64,000 nucleotides of DNA. Source: Macrostomum lignano. Taxonomy: Eukaryota. Position 1 is the first letter of the stretch. Every line of letters begins with the position of its first letter. The position numbers and the translations under genes were made by a program. Shown piece by piece: positions 26,601 to 38,689 of this stretch. Location: positions 496,001 through 560,000 of the forward strand of contig NIVC01000280.1 in assembly GCA_002269645.1 (NCBI GenBank). The letters run 5' to 3'. Below the pieces are notes generated by a model, which was not told where the DNA came from, searched no databases, and worked only from the letters and a program-made list of their open reading frames with translations.

Positions 26601-29570
26601 ATTTTTAGTTCCGTTAGGCGGCTTACTTCAATGGATTTTTCGAATCTTCAGAATTGACGGATCAAATCAAAGTAATTTCATCTGACACCCGCCCGTCTGT
26701 CTCGCCGCCGCCAGGTCCCCCACCCCAAATCCGACTGCCCATCCTCTCCCTCCCCAGTCGAGCCCGCAGTCGAGCCGGACCCGGACGCGCAGAAGGACCA
26801 ATCGAACGCCATTGCGCAGCACCTGGTTAACGAGTGGCGCCGGTCGCAGCTGGCGCGCAGCATCGAGCGGTCTGTTGAGGAAATCTGCCAGGGTGCCGCG
26901 CAGATCAACAACGGCGGCGGCGGCAGCGGCAGCGTGCAGACTCGGCAGCTGAGCAGGCGAGCTTATCCCACCGGCTTTGGTAACCAGGTGAACCTGCCTA
27001 CGGCCTGTGGATCTTTGCCTCTGCGCAGCTTGACTCCCAGATCCTCAGCTGCTGGGCCAGCCTCCCAGATCCTCAGCTGCTGGGCCAGCCTCCTAGATCA
27101 TCAGTTGCTGGGCCAGCCTCCCAGATCCTCAGTTGCTGGGCCAGCCTCCCAGATCCTCAGTTGCTGGGCCAGCCTCCCAGATCCTCAGTTGCTGGGCCAG
27201 TCTCCCAGACCCTCAGCTGCTGTGCCACCGCCACCATCCCAGATCCTCAGTTGCTGCAATCAAAATTTAATATTTAAATTTAAATTCAATATTTGTTAAA
27301 CCCAATGTACCACTCATCTTCACCGCCAGCTGCTGCACGTGTCCTGGCGCACCTGGCTGAACCTGTTCCGCAATCCCCAGAGCTCGGTGATCCAGCTCAT
27401 TGTGTACCTGTTCTTCGGGCTCAGCATTGGCACCGTGTTCTTCGGCCTCGACACCTCGCTGGAGTCCGGCATTCAGAATCGCCAAGGCCTGTTCTTCTTC
27501 CTCACCCTGCAGATGGTCTTTGTCAATCTGAGCGCGGTGGAGGTCTTTATTAAAGAGCGTGCAGTCTTTATACACGAGAATTCTTCGGGATTCTACAGTG
27601 TGCTGGTGTACTTTTTGGCCAAGATTCTGTGCGACATGCTGCCCATCAAGACTCTGCCGGTGAGGACCGTCTCCGTTGCCTACTTCTGGCCCTACTCTGC
27701 TGCCTACTTCTGACCTTACTCTGCTGCCTACTTCTGACCCTACTCTGCTGCCTACTTCTGACCCTACTCTGCTGCCTACTTCTGACCCTACTCTGCTACC
27801 TACTTCTGACCCTACTCTGCTACCTACTTCTGACCCTACTCTGCTACCTACTTCTGACCCTACTCTGCTGCCAAAGTCTACCCCTCTACTGTGCTGCCTA
27901 CTTCTGACCCTACTCTGCTACCTACTTCTGACCCTACTCTGCTGCCTACTTCTGACCCTACTCTGCTGCCAAAGTCTACCCCTCTACTCTGCTGCCTACT
28001 TCTGACCCTACTCTGCTGCCAAAGTCTACCCCTCTACTGTGCTGCCTACTTCTGACCCTACTGTGCTGCCTACTTCTGACCCTACTCTGCTACCTACTTC
28101 TGACCCTACTCTGCTACCTACTTCTGACCCTACTCTGCTACCTACTTCTGACCCTACTCTGCTGCCAAAGTCTACCCCTCTACTGTGCTGCCTACTTCTG
28201 ACCCTACTCTGCTATCTACTTCTGACCCTACTCTGCTGCCTACTTCTGACCCTACTCTGCTGCCAAAGTCTACCCCTCTACTGTGCTGCCTACTTCTGAC
28301 CCTACTCTGCTATCTACTTCTGACCCTACTCTGCTGCCTACTTCTGACCCTACTCTGCTACCTACTTCTGACCCTACTCTGCTACCTACTTCTGACCCTA
28401 CTCTGCTGCCAAAGTCTACCCCTCTACTGTGCTGCCTACTTCTGACCCTACTCTGCTATCTACTTCTGACCCTACTCTTCTGCCTACTTCTGACCCTACT
28501 CTGCTGCCTACTTCTAACCTACTCTGCTGTCTACTTCTGACTATTCTCTCCCGCACCGTTTCCCCACCCAGGTGCTGCTGTTCATGCCCATCATTTACTT
28601 CATGGCCCAGCTGCGCCTTGAAGCCGGGGCTTTCCTATTCTACCAGCTCAACCTGGTGCTGGCCACCTGTGCAGCCTGCGGCGTAGCATTCTTCGTCTCG
28701 GCTTCCGTGTCCGTGTTTGGCATAGCCAACATCCTCATCTCCATCATGTACGTATTCATGATGGTGTTCGGCGGATTCTTGATTAATATCGCATCGGTCG
28801 GCTGGCTGAGCTGGTGCCGCTACCTGTCCGTGTTTTACTATGCTTATGCCGGCCTGTCAGTCAATGAGTTCAGCGGCATGCGCTTCTGTCCTACCAGGCC
28901 GGAGCCCAATGTCACCAGGACTTGGTAAGGCTGATTGTTATGCTTGTTGCTTCCGCTCATTATAAAAATTGGTCACTTCCGGTCATTCTAAAATCACTTC
29001 CGGTCACTCTAGAATCAGTCTGTTCCGGTCATTCTAGAATCAGTCACTTCCGGTCATTATAGAATCAGTCACTTCCGGTCATTATAGAATCAGTCACTTC
29101 CGGTCATTATAGAATCAGTCACTTCCGGTCATTCTAGAATCATTCACTTTCGGTCATTCTAGAATCAGTCACTTCCGGTCATTCTAGAATCAGTCACTTC
29201 CGGTCATTCTAGAATCAGTCACTTCTGGTCATTCTAGAATCAGTCTGTTTCGGTCATTCTAGAATCAGTCACTTCCGGTCATTCTAGAATCAGTCACTTC
29301 CGGTCATTCTAGAATCAGTCACTTCTGGTCATTCTAGAATCAGTCTGTTTCGGTCATTCTAGAATCAGTCACTTCCGGTCCTCACGCAGTCCCCCAACGC
29401 CCCGTCCCGCCCCAACCAGCAAGGACGGATCCACCGTTCTGAATGATCAGCAGATTCCGCACTCGACGCCATGGAATCTGTGGAGCAACGAACTCGGCAT
29501 GTTCTGCATCATGCTGGTATTTCTGCTGCTGTGCTACGTGCAGCTGTGCCGGATCAATAAGTACAAATAA
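20022..29570 (+). CDS. ABCG2: ABCG2/white-subfamily ABC half transporter; exons 20022-20168, 20864-21294, 21911-22186, 23369-23732, 25323-25448, 26758-26987, 27330-27659, 28572-28924, 29420-29570; apparent 1-nt deletion near 22168
   Basis: Walker A GPTGCGKT, signature VSGGERKRT, Walker [17 protein letters not shown] switch, NSPPDF motif, ABC2-type membrane domain, C-terminus PWNLWSN...[11 protein letters not shown]. All introns are GT-AG and phase-compatible except across intron 3, which needs one extra nt in exon 3. The symbol denotes family resemblance, not proven orthology; exon 1 is the least certain. Confidence 0.9.
20175..20635. repeat. (TCTG)n microsatellite with TTAG interruptions, ABCG2 intron 1
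   Basis: Direct observation. Confidence 0.97.
21340..21855. repeat. 40-42-bp minisatellite GGGAACCAATCAGCGAGTAGTGGAGGTTGGGTTGGGTG, ABCG2 intron 2
   Basis: About 12-13 tandem copies. Confidence 0.95.
22495..23130. repeat. 17-bp minisatellite TCAGAGATTCTAGGAAA, ABCG2 intron 3
   Basis: Period 17 with degenerate flanks. Confidence 0.95.
23820..25160. repeat. Degenerate T/G-rich tandem repeat (TTCTGATTTTGTGTGTGTTTA-like), ABCG2 intron 4
   Basis: Recurrent unit with larger duplicated blocks. Confidence 0.9.
26150..26570. repeat. 37-bp minisatellite CATCAAAGGATTTTTATGGGTCTCGCTAGGCGGCTCA, ABCG2 intron 5
   Basis: About 11 tandem copies. Confidence 0.95.
27035..27255. repeat. 28-bp minisatellite CAGATCCTCAGTTGCTGGGCCAGCCTCC, ABCG2 intron 6
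   Basis: Period 28. Confidence 0.92.
27680..28540. repeat. 24-bp minisatellite CTACTCTGCTGCCTACTTCTGACC with a recurring variant unit, ABCG2 intron 7
   Basis: Period 24; the variant CCAAAGTCTACCCCT recurs every few units. Confidence 0.96.
28970..29381. repeat. 25-bp minisatellite ATTCTAGAATCAGTCACTTCCGGTC, ABCG2 intron 8
   Basis: About 16 tandem copies. Confidence 0.95.
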
Positions 29571-29792
29571 TTAAATTGACACAGGTTCCAGGCTTTGGTA
29601 AATTATTCAGAAATCGCAGTGTTAGCTGTATCAAAATCATAATTGTATTATATAAAATCATCTATCAGCGCTTCCACAAAACATTTAAGAATATAAGCCC
29701 GCTCTGTTGTTTAATTTCGCTTCTTAACTAATCTTCCGCCTCGGGTCTTCCGCTTAGCTTGTGCGTTATTAATTTTGTATTTTGTACTTTAT

Positions 29793-29798
29793 AATAAA
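29793..29798 (+). promoter_or_regulatory. Candidate polyadenylation signal AATAAA for the ABCG2-like gene
   Basis: About 220 nt after the stop codon in an AT-rich 3' region; position is the only support. Confidence 0.3.
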
Positions 29799-30357
29799 AT
29801 TTTCCTCTTGTCTTGTGCCACCTCTATTTCTGTCCATTTCCATCGGGCAGCTCTCTATTCTGTGCAATCGAAATTTATTTGGAGAACAATGCTCGCTACT
29901 TGCCTACTGCTTAGTAATAGTAGCTAGTCGGGATGAGGCTATTAAATTTTAATCGTCTTTCACAGTGGCAGTCAATCTCTGGACTTATTGCTGTTTGAGA
30001 TTTTGTTGAGTACAATTAAAGTACTAATTGGCCAATTTCGTGTACTGATATTAAAGTGTATTATAGCGACTCTTCCTACTCACAAGCACTCTGCTTATTA
30101 GTAAGAGAAGGACCATTGTTTGTTTTGTGTTCTTATTTTCATATGTTATTTTTGTTTTTATGTTAAACGGTTGGTTCAAGTCTTGACTAAATTGTTATTT
30201 ATTCTTTGCGCTTTGGACAGTAAATAAATGCTTATTTTCTGGTGCATACTTTGTTACATGCGCTGCGCCTACTGGAAGTAGTACGTGCCTATTAAATGTT
30301 CTGAGGGCTGGCTGTCATTTTTTAATGTTTGGGTTTGATTTATAATAACATAAACTA

Positions 30358-31452
30358 AGATTAGCAATCCATTCTGTTCAACTCATTGATGTTGGATAGA
30401 TTAGCAATCCATTCTATTCAACTCATTGATGTTGGATAGATTAGCAATCCATTCTGTTTGACTCATTAATGTTGGATAGATTAGCAATCCATTCTGTTTA
30501 ACTCATTGATGTTGGATAGATTAGCAATCCATTCTACTCAACTCATTGATGTTGGATAGATTAGCAATCCATTCTGTTTGACTCATTGATGTTGGATAGA
30601 TTAGCAATCCATTCTGTTTGACTCATTGATGTTGGATAGATTAGCAATCCATTCTGTTTAACTCATTGATGTTGGATAGATTAGCAATCCATTCTGTTTG
30701 ACTCATTGATGTTGGATAGATTAGCAATCCATTCTGTTTAACTCATTGATGTTGGATAGATTAGCAATCCATTCTATTCAACTCATTGATGTTGGATAGA
30801 TTAGCAATCCATTCTACTCAACTCATTGATGTTGGATAGATTAGCAATCCATTCTGTTTGACTCATTGATGTTGGATAGATTAGCAATCCATTCTATTCA
30901 ACTCATTGATGTTGGATAGATTAGCAATCCATTCTACTCAACTCATTGATGTTGGATAGATTAGCAATCCATTCTGTTTGACTCATTAATGTTGGATAGA
31001 TTAGCAATCCATTCTGTTTAACTCATTGATGTTGGATAGATTAGCAATCCATTCTATTCAACTCATTGATGTTGGATAGATTAGCAATCCATTCTATTCA
31101 ACTCATTAATGTTGGATAGATTAGCAATCCATTCTGTTCAACTCATTGATGTTGGATAGATTAGCAATCCATTCTATTCGACTCATTGATGTTGGATAGA
31201 TTAGCAATCCATTCTATTCAACTCATTGATGTTGGATAGATTAGCAATCCATTCTATTCGACTCATTGATGTTGGATAGATTAGCAATCCATTCTATTCA
31301 ACTCATTGATGTTGGATAGATTAGCAATCCATTCTATTCAACTCATTGATGTTGGATAGATTAGCAATCCATTCTATTCAACTCATTGATGTTGGATAGA
31401 TTAGCAATCCATTCTATTCGACTCATTGATGTTAGATAGATTAGCAATCCAT
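30358..31452. repeat. 40-bp minisatellite TTAGCAATCCATTCT(G/A)TTCAACTCATTGATGTTGGATAGA, about 27 copies
   Basis: Period 40, highly homogeneous; intergenic between convergent genes. Confidence 0.97.
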
Positions 31453-31814
31453 TTCATCTTTGGTGTCAGGATTGAGATTAAGCAAAGGCCCTCTTTAATA
31501 TTTTATATTTAATAGTTAAGTTACATTATTAAAGCATAGCTCTGACAGTAAAGGCACTGATGGGCATAAACTCGATCGCGGCACTGACACTGATTAGGTA
31601 ACTCGTAGAGTCAGTGGTTTTTTTTAAAACTTTGCATTGAGTTTCGGAGCTATGGCGAGCTTTGAGTGTGGGTGAATAGAAAATCTTTCATCTAATTGTG
31701 TTGCACTCCCGTTATTAAATGCTGAAAGGCCATCTTCGGGTAAAAGGATCGTCAGCCTGCTTGGAAGGTCATCCACCCGCTTTGATGGTTGATCATGTAT
31801 CTGAAAAGAGAAGA

Positions 31815-32420
31815 TCACTGGTTTGAAAGGTCACCCACTGGTTTGAAAGGTCATTCACTGGTTTGAAAGGTCACCCACTGGTTTAAAAGGCCATTCACTG
31901 GTTTTAAAGGCCATTCACTGGTTTTAAAGGTCATTCACTGGTTTGAAAGGTCACCCACTGGTTTAAAAGGTCATTCACTGGTTTAGAAGGTCATTCACCG
32001 GTTTAAAAGGTCATTCACTGGTTTGAAAGTTCATTCACTGGTTTAATAGGTCATTCACTGGTTTGAAAGGTCATTCACTGGTTTGAAAGGTCGTTCACTG
32101 GTTTAAAAGGTCGTTCACTGGTTTAATAGGTCATTCACTGGTTTGAAAGGTCATTCACTGGTTTAAAAGGTCATTCACTGGTTTAAAAGGTCATTCACTG
32201 GTTTGAAAGCTCATTCACTGGTTTAAAAGGTTATTCACTGGTTTTAAAGGTCATTCACTGGTTTAAAAGGCTATTCACTGGTTTAAAAGGTTATTCACTG
32301 GTTTAAAAGGTCATTCACTGGTTTGAAAATTCATTCACTGGTTTGAAAGGTCACCCACTGGTTTAAAAGGTCATTCACTGGTTTGAAAGGTCATCCACTG
32401 GTTAAGAAGATCATCTATTG
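31815..32420. repeat. 20-bp minisatellite CACTGGTTT(A/G)AAAGGTCATT
   Basis: About 30 tandem copies. Confidence 0.95.
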
Positions 32421-32578
32421 GTTTAAAATGTCATCCACTGGTTTAAAACGTCACTCGCCTGCTCGCCAGGTCTCGCAAGGCCATCCACCTATCAGTGTCA
32501 AGTCGAAAATAAATTACGAAGAGAATAAATTAAAAAAGAAATTCAATCAGAAGCCAAATCAAATCCTCAATTGGCTGC

Positions 32579-35500
32579 CTACGACGGCATGGCCATCTGG
32601 TCGATGGCGCGGACCAAATAATCCACAAAAGCGACCTCGCTGTCCTCCAGTCCGCCCGGCTGTGGCGCCAACTTTTCGCGCCGTTTCTCATTTCGATAGC
32701 GCAGCGCCGTCTTGGCCAGCTGGCGCGCCTCCCGCGCCGTCTCGCGGCCTTCGCGCATAATTAGACGCCGGAACTCGGGCAGGTTCATGCGGAACAGCAC
32801 CGCCTCGGTCTGGGCCACCGCGGTGCTCATGCGGCTGGGCAGCTGAGCCAGGGCTTCAACGTCTCCCAGCATGCCGTTACGGCTGACGCAGCTCCAAGCG
32901 ATTCGGCCTCCGGTTGTTGCCACCTGCCGAAGCCTTCGACCGTTGCCTGAGCTGCTGCTGGCGACGCTTCTGGCTACTTTCTGCTTGCCAACTGCTTGCA
33001 ACTTCTGCTGCTGTTGTGAAGGCAGCACGGAGTAGACATTCTTGGCCTGCAGGTGCAGCTCGTATTGGTCAGTTAGCTTGCGCGGGTTCAGGTAGAGAAT
33101 CACTTCTCCACTGCGGGCGGGATCGGGTTGTGGGGGATTTGTGGATGGTGCTGTGGGGATGGTGCTGTGGGGATGGTGCTGTGGGGATGGTGCTGTGGGG
33201 ATGGTGCTGTGGGGATGGTGCTGTGGGGATGGTGCTGTGGGGATGGTGCTGTGGGGATGGTGCTGTGGGGATGGTTCTGTGGGGATGGTGCTGTGGGGAT
33301 GGTGCTGTGGGGATGGTGCTGTGGGGATGGTGCTGTGGGGATGGTGCTGTGGGGATGGTGCTGTGGGGATGGTGCTGTTGGGATGATGCTGTGGGGATGG
33401 TGCTGTGGGGATGGTGCTGTGGGTATGGTGCTGTGGGGATGGTGCTGTGGGGATGGTTCTGTAGAGGATGGTGCTGTGGGGATGGTGCTGTGGGGATGGT
33501 GCTGTGGGGATGGTGCTGTGGGGATGGTTCTGTAGAGGATGGTGCTGTGGGGATGGTGCTGTGGGGATGGTGCTGTGGGGATGGTGCTGTTGGGATGGTT
33601 CTGTGGGGATGGTGCTGTGGGGATGGTGCTGTTGGGATGGTTCTGTGGGGATGGTGCTGTGGGGATGGTTCTGTGGGAATGGTGCTGTGGGGATGGTGCT
33701 GTAGAGGATGATGCTGTGGGGATGGTGCTGTGGGGATGGTGCTGTAGAGGATGATGCTGTGGGGATGGTGCTGTAGGGATGGTGCTGTAGAGGATGATGC
33801 TGTGGGGATGGTGCTGTGGGGATGGTGCTGTAGAGGATGGTGCTGTGGGGATGGTGCTGTGGGGATGGTGCTGTAGAGGATGGTGCTGTGGGGATGTTGC
33901 TTTAGGTTATGGTGCTGAGTTTATGGCAAAGCAAACAACACGCCAGGCCTTGTCGGTATCAGCAAATAAACTACACTGCGGTGCATGCAATTTGCTTTGC
34001 TAAACAGAAGAAAAACAAAAAAGGTTGAACCCCACTTGAGAAAACACAGTGGCTGCTGCTGCGAGAACGATGCCAGCAAAGCTAATTAACTTGAGCTTCC
34101 AGCCTAACTCGCCACAGGGCCACTCGGTGCTTCCACCTCAGCCGAACCCAGAAGAGCTCTGGCTCAATTGTGCTGCCCCAAGTGGCCTGAGCCAATTATC
34201 ACACTTTTATTTGGCAACTTCAGTTACTGGCAGATCTGTCAGTCTGTCATTCTCTCCTGTCCTGAGCTGCGCAGCCTGGGCTTTCATTCAGCCCCGATAA
34301 TAGATAAATTAATGAATGGCGGGCTGCATTGTACTCTGCTTTATTGTTGCATTCAATCGTTAAAGGTTTCCTTATTGACCGATGAATGAGAGAGCTGAAA
34401 TCATCTTTTATGCTTTTATTTCCTACGGTCTGGCTTGGGGAAGAACAGGTCAGGGGGATGCGTCCGGCTCTGACACGTAAAAGTACATGTACGCAGCCTG
34501 GATTCGAGCCCGTAGGATTAGTGTGCCTGCTCGGGGCCGAGCGGGTCGACTATCGCCAAAACCCACAGGCGCAGTAGGCAGCGAAATTTGCCAACTGCCT
34601 CACCTGACAATGAAGTACACGTCCTCAATTTTGTCTCCCTGCCGTACAATGATGTCCCCGTTGTAGTATTTCTCCTTCATCAGGGCTCGGATGAACTGCT
34701 GCCTCAGTCTGGGATTGAAGTTGCTGACCAGGTGGAAGCCGGAGGTGAAGTCCTCGCGCTCCTGCTCGAGCCGGCGCAGACGGCTGTCCAGAGTGCGCTC
34801 GAACAGGTCGCGGGAGATTCGGATGAGGGAGCAGGGCTCGGAGGCTGGCGACACCAGCACGTTGGCAGTGCGCACCACGTTCTTCACCAAGGCCACCTCG
34901 CCGATCACTGAGCCGGCTGAATTAGAAAATGGGATTAGGAAGGCGTGAGAATCGGATTAGGAAGGCGTGAAAATCGGATTAGGAAGGCGTGAGAATCGGA
35001 TTAGGAAGGCGTACGAATTGAATTAGGGAAGACACGAGAAGCGGATTTGCGATGACACGAGAAGCGGATTAGCGATGACACGAGAAGCGGATTAGGGAAG
35101 ACACGAGAAGCGGATTTGCGATGACACGAGAAGCGGATTAGCGATGACACGAGAAGCGGATTAGCGATGACACGAGAAGCGGATTAGCGATGACACGAGA
35201 AGCGGATTAGCGATGACACGAGAAGCGGATTAGCGATGACACGAGAAGCGGATTAGCGATGACACGAGAAGCGGATTAGCGATGACACGAGAAGCGGATT
35301 AGGGAAGAAACGAGAAGCGGATTAGGGAAGACACGAGAAGCGGATTAGGGAAGATACGAGAAGCGGATTAGGGAAGACACGAGAAGCGGATTAGGGAAGA
35401 CACGAGAAGCGGATTAGGGAAGACACGAGAAGCGGATTAGGGAAGACACGAGAAGCGGATTAGGGAAGACACGAGAAGCGGATTAGGGAAGCCACGAACT

Positions 35501-36620
35501 CACGCCCCACGACTCCAACGATGACTCCCAGCAGCTCTCCGATTTCTTTTTGCCCCGCCAAGCCGCGCACCGAGTCTCCCTCGCGAAGGCCGCCGCTGAC
35601 TCCGCTGCCGTCGACGGCAGTCGCAGTCGCTGACACCCGAACCTCGCACTGGCCGGACAGCACGATGTACATGAAGTCGCCGGTGCTGCCCTGCCGTATC
35701 AGCAGCCGGCCTGGCTCGCAGGTCTCCAGCACCGAGTCCTTCACCAGCGCCTTCAGCACGCCTTGGGGCGGATGGATTGGATGAGGAGCAGATATAGATT
35801 AATCTAGGGGCGGATATAGATTAATCTAGGGGCGGATATAGATTCATCTAGGGGCGGATATAGATTCATCTAGGGGCGGATATAGATTCATCTAGGAGCG
35901 GATATAGATTCATCTAGGAGCGGATATAGATTCATCTAGGGGCGGATATAGATTCATCTAGGAGCGGATATAGATGCATCTAGGGGCGGATATAGATTCA
36001 TCTGAGGCGGATATAGATTCATCTAGGGGCGGATATAGATTCATCTAGGAGCGGATATAGATTCATCTAGGGGCGGATACAGATTCATCTAGGAGCGGAT
36101 ATAGATTCATCTAGGAGCGGATATAGATTCATCTAGGAGCGGATATAGATTCATCTAGGGACGAATTGATTAGTTCAGGGGGCGGATGGATTAGTTCAGG
36201 GGGCGGACGGGTTAGTTCAGGGGGCGGATGGATTAGTTCAGGGGGCGGATGGATTAGTTCAGGGGGCGGATGGATTAGTTCAGGGTGCGGATGGATTAGT
36301 TCAGGGGGCGGATGGATTAGTTCAGGGGGCGGATGGATTAGTTCAGGGGGCGGATGGATTAGTTCAGGGGGCGGATGGATTAGTTCAGGGGGCGGACGGA
36401 TTAGTTCAGGGGGCGGACGGATTAGTTCAGGGGGCGGACGGATTAGTCACTCACTGTCCTCCAGCTCGCCCAGCACGCACACTTTGCCTCTCTGAGCCTC
36501 GCCCCTTGAGAGGTCCTTGCACCAGGCCATCACCATGCTGAGGTCGTCCTCGTTCCTCTCGCTCGGCGGCGCAGTCAGAGCTCTCCGCACCCGGTCCAGC
36601 AGCAGCAGCTCTCCAGACAT
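32579..36620 (-). CDS. Protein with two cyclic nucleotide-binding domains (CNBD1/CNBD2-like); exons 36620-36455, 35761-35504, 34916-34604, 33110-32579; about 422 aa
   Basis: CNB motifs LIRQGSTGDFMYIVLSGQCEV, PGSVIGEVALVKNVVRTAN, IVRQGDKIEDVYFIVSGEV and GDVEAL...R. Splice phases 1/1/2 all match, with GTGAG donors. Total 1269 nt, in frame. The 5' end could extend further. Confidence 0.87.
33130..33900. repeat. 15-bp minisatellite GGGGATGGTGCTGTG, CNBD intron 3
   Basis: About 50 tandem copies. Confidence 0.96.
34930..35490. repeat. 23-bp minisatellite GAGAAGCGGATTAG(CGAT/GGAA)GACAC, CNBD intron 2
   Basis: Period 23, two subtypes arranged in blocks. Confidence 0.95.
35790..36447. repeat. Adjacent 22-bp (GGGGCGGATATAGATTCATCTA) and 21-bp (GGATTAGTTCAGGGGGCGGAT) minisatellites, CNBD intron 1
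   Basis: Two arrays sharing a GGGGCGGAT core; the switch occurs at about 36163. Confidence 0.95.
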
Positions 36621-37119
36621 TGGCGCTGGACAGCAAAATGCACTTCTCTGCAAGTGAAAAAGAAAAGCCAAGAAGGAGGTGCAAAATTTCCTCTGTGTTT
36701 ATTCGCGGTCTGTGCGTTGAGATTCCCCATAAATAGGTCTTTGCTCCACCTGCCCCGCTCTCATTGGTTACCGCTGTTCTCTTGTGAATTTTTAAAGCCT
36801 TTGTTTGGATTTTGCCTTCTGAACCCTCTTTTATCGCTGGTCTGTTAAGCCTGTCTGTGTGCCCTGGCAACGGTTACTCAGCTGGCCGTCTTCCGCATGG
36901 CGCAGATCGCATTTCTTTCCTCGCTTCCTGCTGGGGCGCTCGGCTCAAGGCGTGCTAAATTTATGAGCCAGAAACTGGATTTAAAGCTCTTTCGCTGAAT
37001 TGAAATACCGCTATTAGCTCGTACTACTTGGACTGAGCACAGGAGTCTAGGAATTCTTTGAATTCTAGGAAAGTGTATTTGAAGGCCAGCAAAGGAACAA
37101 GGGGTAGAAGGGACGCTGA

Positions 37120-37725
37120 AGCTGGCGCTAAAATTGGCGCTTAAATGACGCTGAACTTGGCGCTAAAATGGCACTAACCTTGGCGCAAAAATGGCACTAA
37201 AATGGCACTAACCTTGGCGCTAAAATGGCGCTGAAATGGCACTAACCTTGGCGCTAAAATGGCACTAACCTTGGCGCTAACTTTGGCGCTGAAATGGCGC
37301 TAACTTTGGCGCTAAATTGGCGCTAAAATGGCACTAACCTTAGCGCTAAAATAGCACTAACCTTGGCATTAAATTGGCGCTAAAATGGCGCTAACTTTAC
37401 ACTAAAATGGCGCTAATTTTGGCGCTAAATTGGCACTAAAATGGCACTAACCTTGGCACTAACCTTGGCGCTAAATTGGCGCTAAAATGGCGCTAACTTT
37501 GGTGCTAAATTGGCGCTGAAATGGCACTAACCTTAGCGCTAAACTTGGCGCTAACCTTGGCGCTAAACTTGGCGCTAAACTTGGCGCTAAACTTAGCGCT
37601 AAACTTGGCGCTAACCTTGGCGCTAAACTTGGCGCTAACCTTGGCGCTAAACTTGGCGCTAAACTTGGCGCTAAACTTGGCGCTAAACTTGGCGCTAAAC
37701 TTGGCGCTAAACTTGGCGCTAAACT
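37120..37725. repeat. 12-bp minisatellite TTGGCGCTAAAC upstream of the CNBD gene
   Basis: Degenerate on the left, homogeneous on the right. Confidence 0.94.
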
Positions 37726-38689
37726 CAAATATTACCAAGATGCCTACAGTGTTTTACGGAATCAAAATGTGTCCAAAAACTGAACGATTACAACATCGAT
37801 AAAAGCATGTTTAAGCTATAACTTTGTTACAAAGACAAGTCTAGTCCAGATTTCTGCTCCTAGACTTCTTCGGCTCTGTCAGTCCAGTGCGGCCCGGCTG
37901 ACATTGTCAATATTATTCCAGCTAAAAGTGCCAATGTGGTAGTGTTAATTATTAAAACAGTTTTTATTAAAAATTCCAAACTAGTCTACTAACTAGTAGC
38001 CGAATACGAACATTTTTGCTCTAGAACAGCATCCAGAAGCAATTAGTGACAGAACTAATTAAGCAGTTTTTTTAAATAAAAAACTTAATTATATTTTCTG
38101 GTGCAAAAGCTGGGCGCCCATTGCTGCCCCGGCTCACAGGTAGATAATGACAAATCGGAGCTGCAGTGAGTCACTCCGCCAGACAGCCAGTCCCCGGCCA
38201 AAATGGGGGACTACAAAATGGGGAGCACGCGGATACACACAAGAGGATATGCAGAGCTCTGTGACTTACTAGGACTTTTGGCCGAGAAAAAGGGGAAGTA
38301 TTCGGGCCTAAAACTGGCGGAGACAGCCCTGAGGGGACGATAAACTCAGGCGGCATTGCGAGTTCTTTGCTGGCGACCCACTTGATGGATTGTGGACTCT
38401 CTGTGACACCCCAGAAACTGGGGCTGTAGCTGTCTGCTCTTTGGACTGGAGCTGGCTGACTGAAGTGCTCATATAAGCCCGTGTCTTGTTCGGCCCGAGC
38501 CCAACGAGCTGAGATCTGCGCGCTGGCCAGGTGCAGGCGGTGCTCGACTTTGAGCAGTTGAGCAGGAAATTTGATTGCGAAAGTGCATGCGCTCCCAGCC
38601 ACTGCCAGATCTCATTTGGAGTCAGGTGAGATCCATGTTTTTATTAAGGTGTCATTTTTCCTGATGAATGCTGTTTCATAATTTTCCTG

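Noticed and set aside
30358-31452. Regular arrays as possible CRISPR
   Set aside because: They are head-to-tail units without unique spacers, in a eukaryotic context with no cas genes.
34925-35490. TTAGGG-containing units as interstitial telomere
   Set aside because: There is a single TTAGGG per 23-bp unit, not tandem telomeric repeats.
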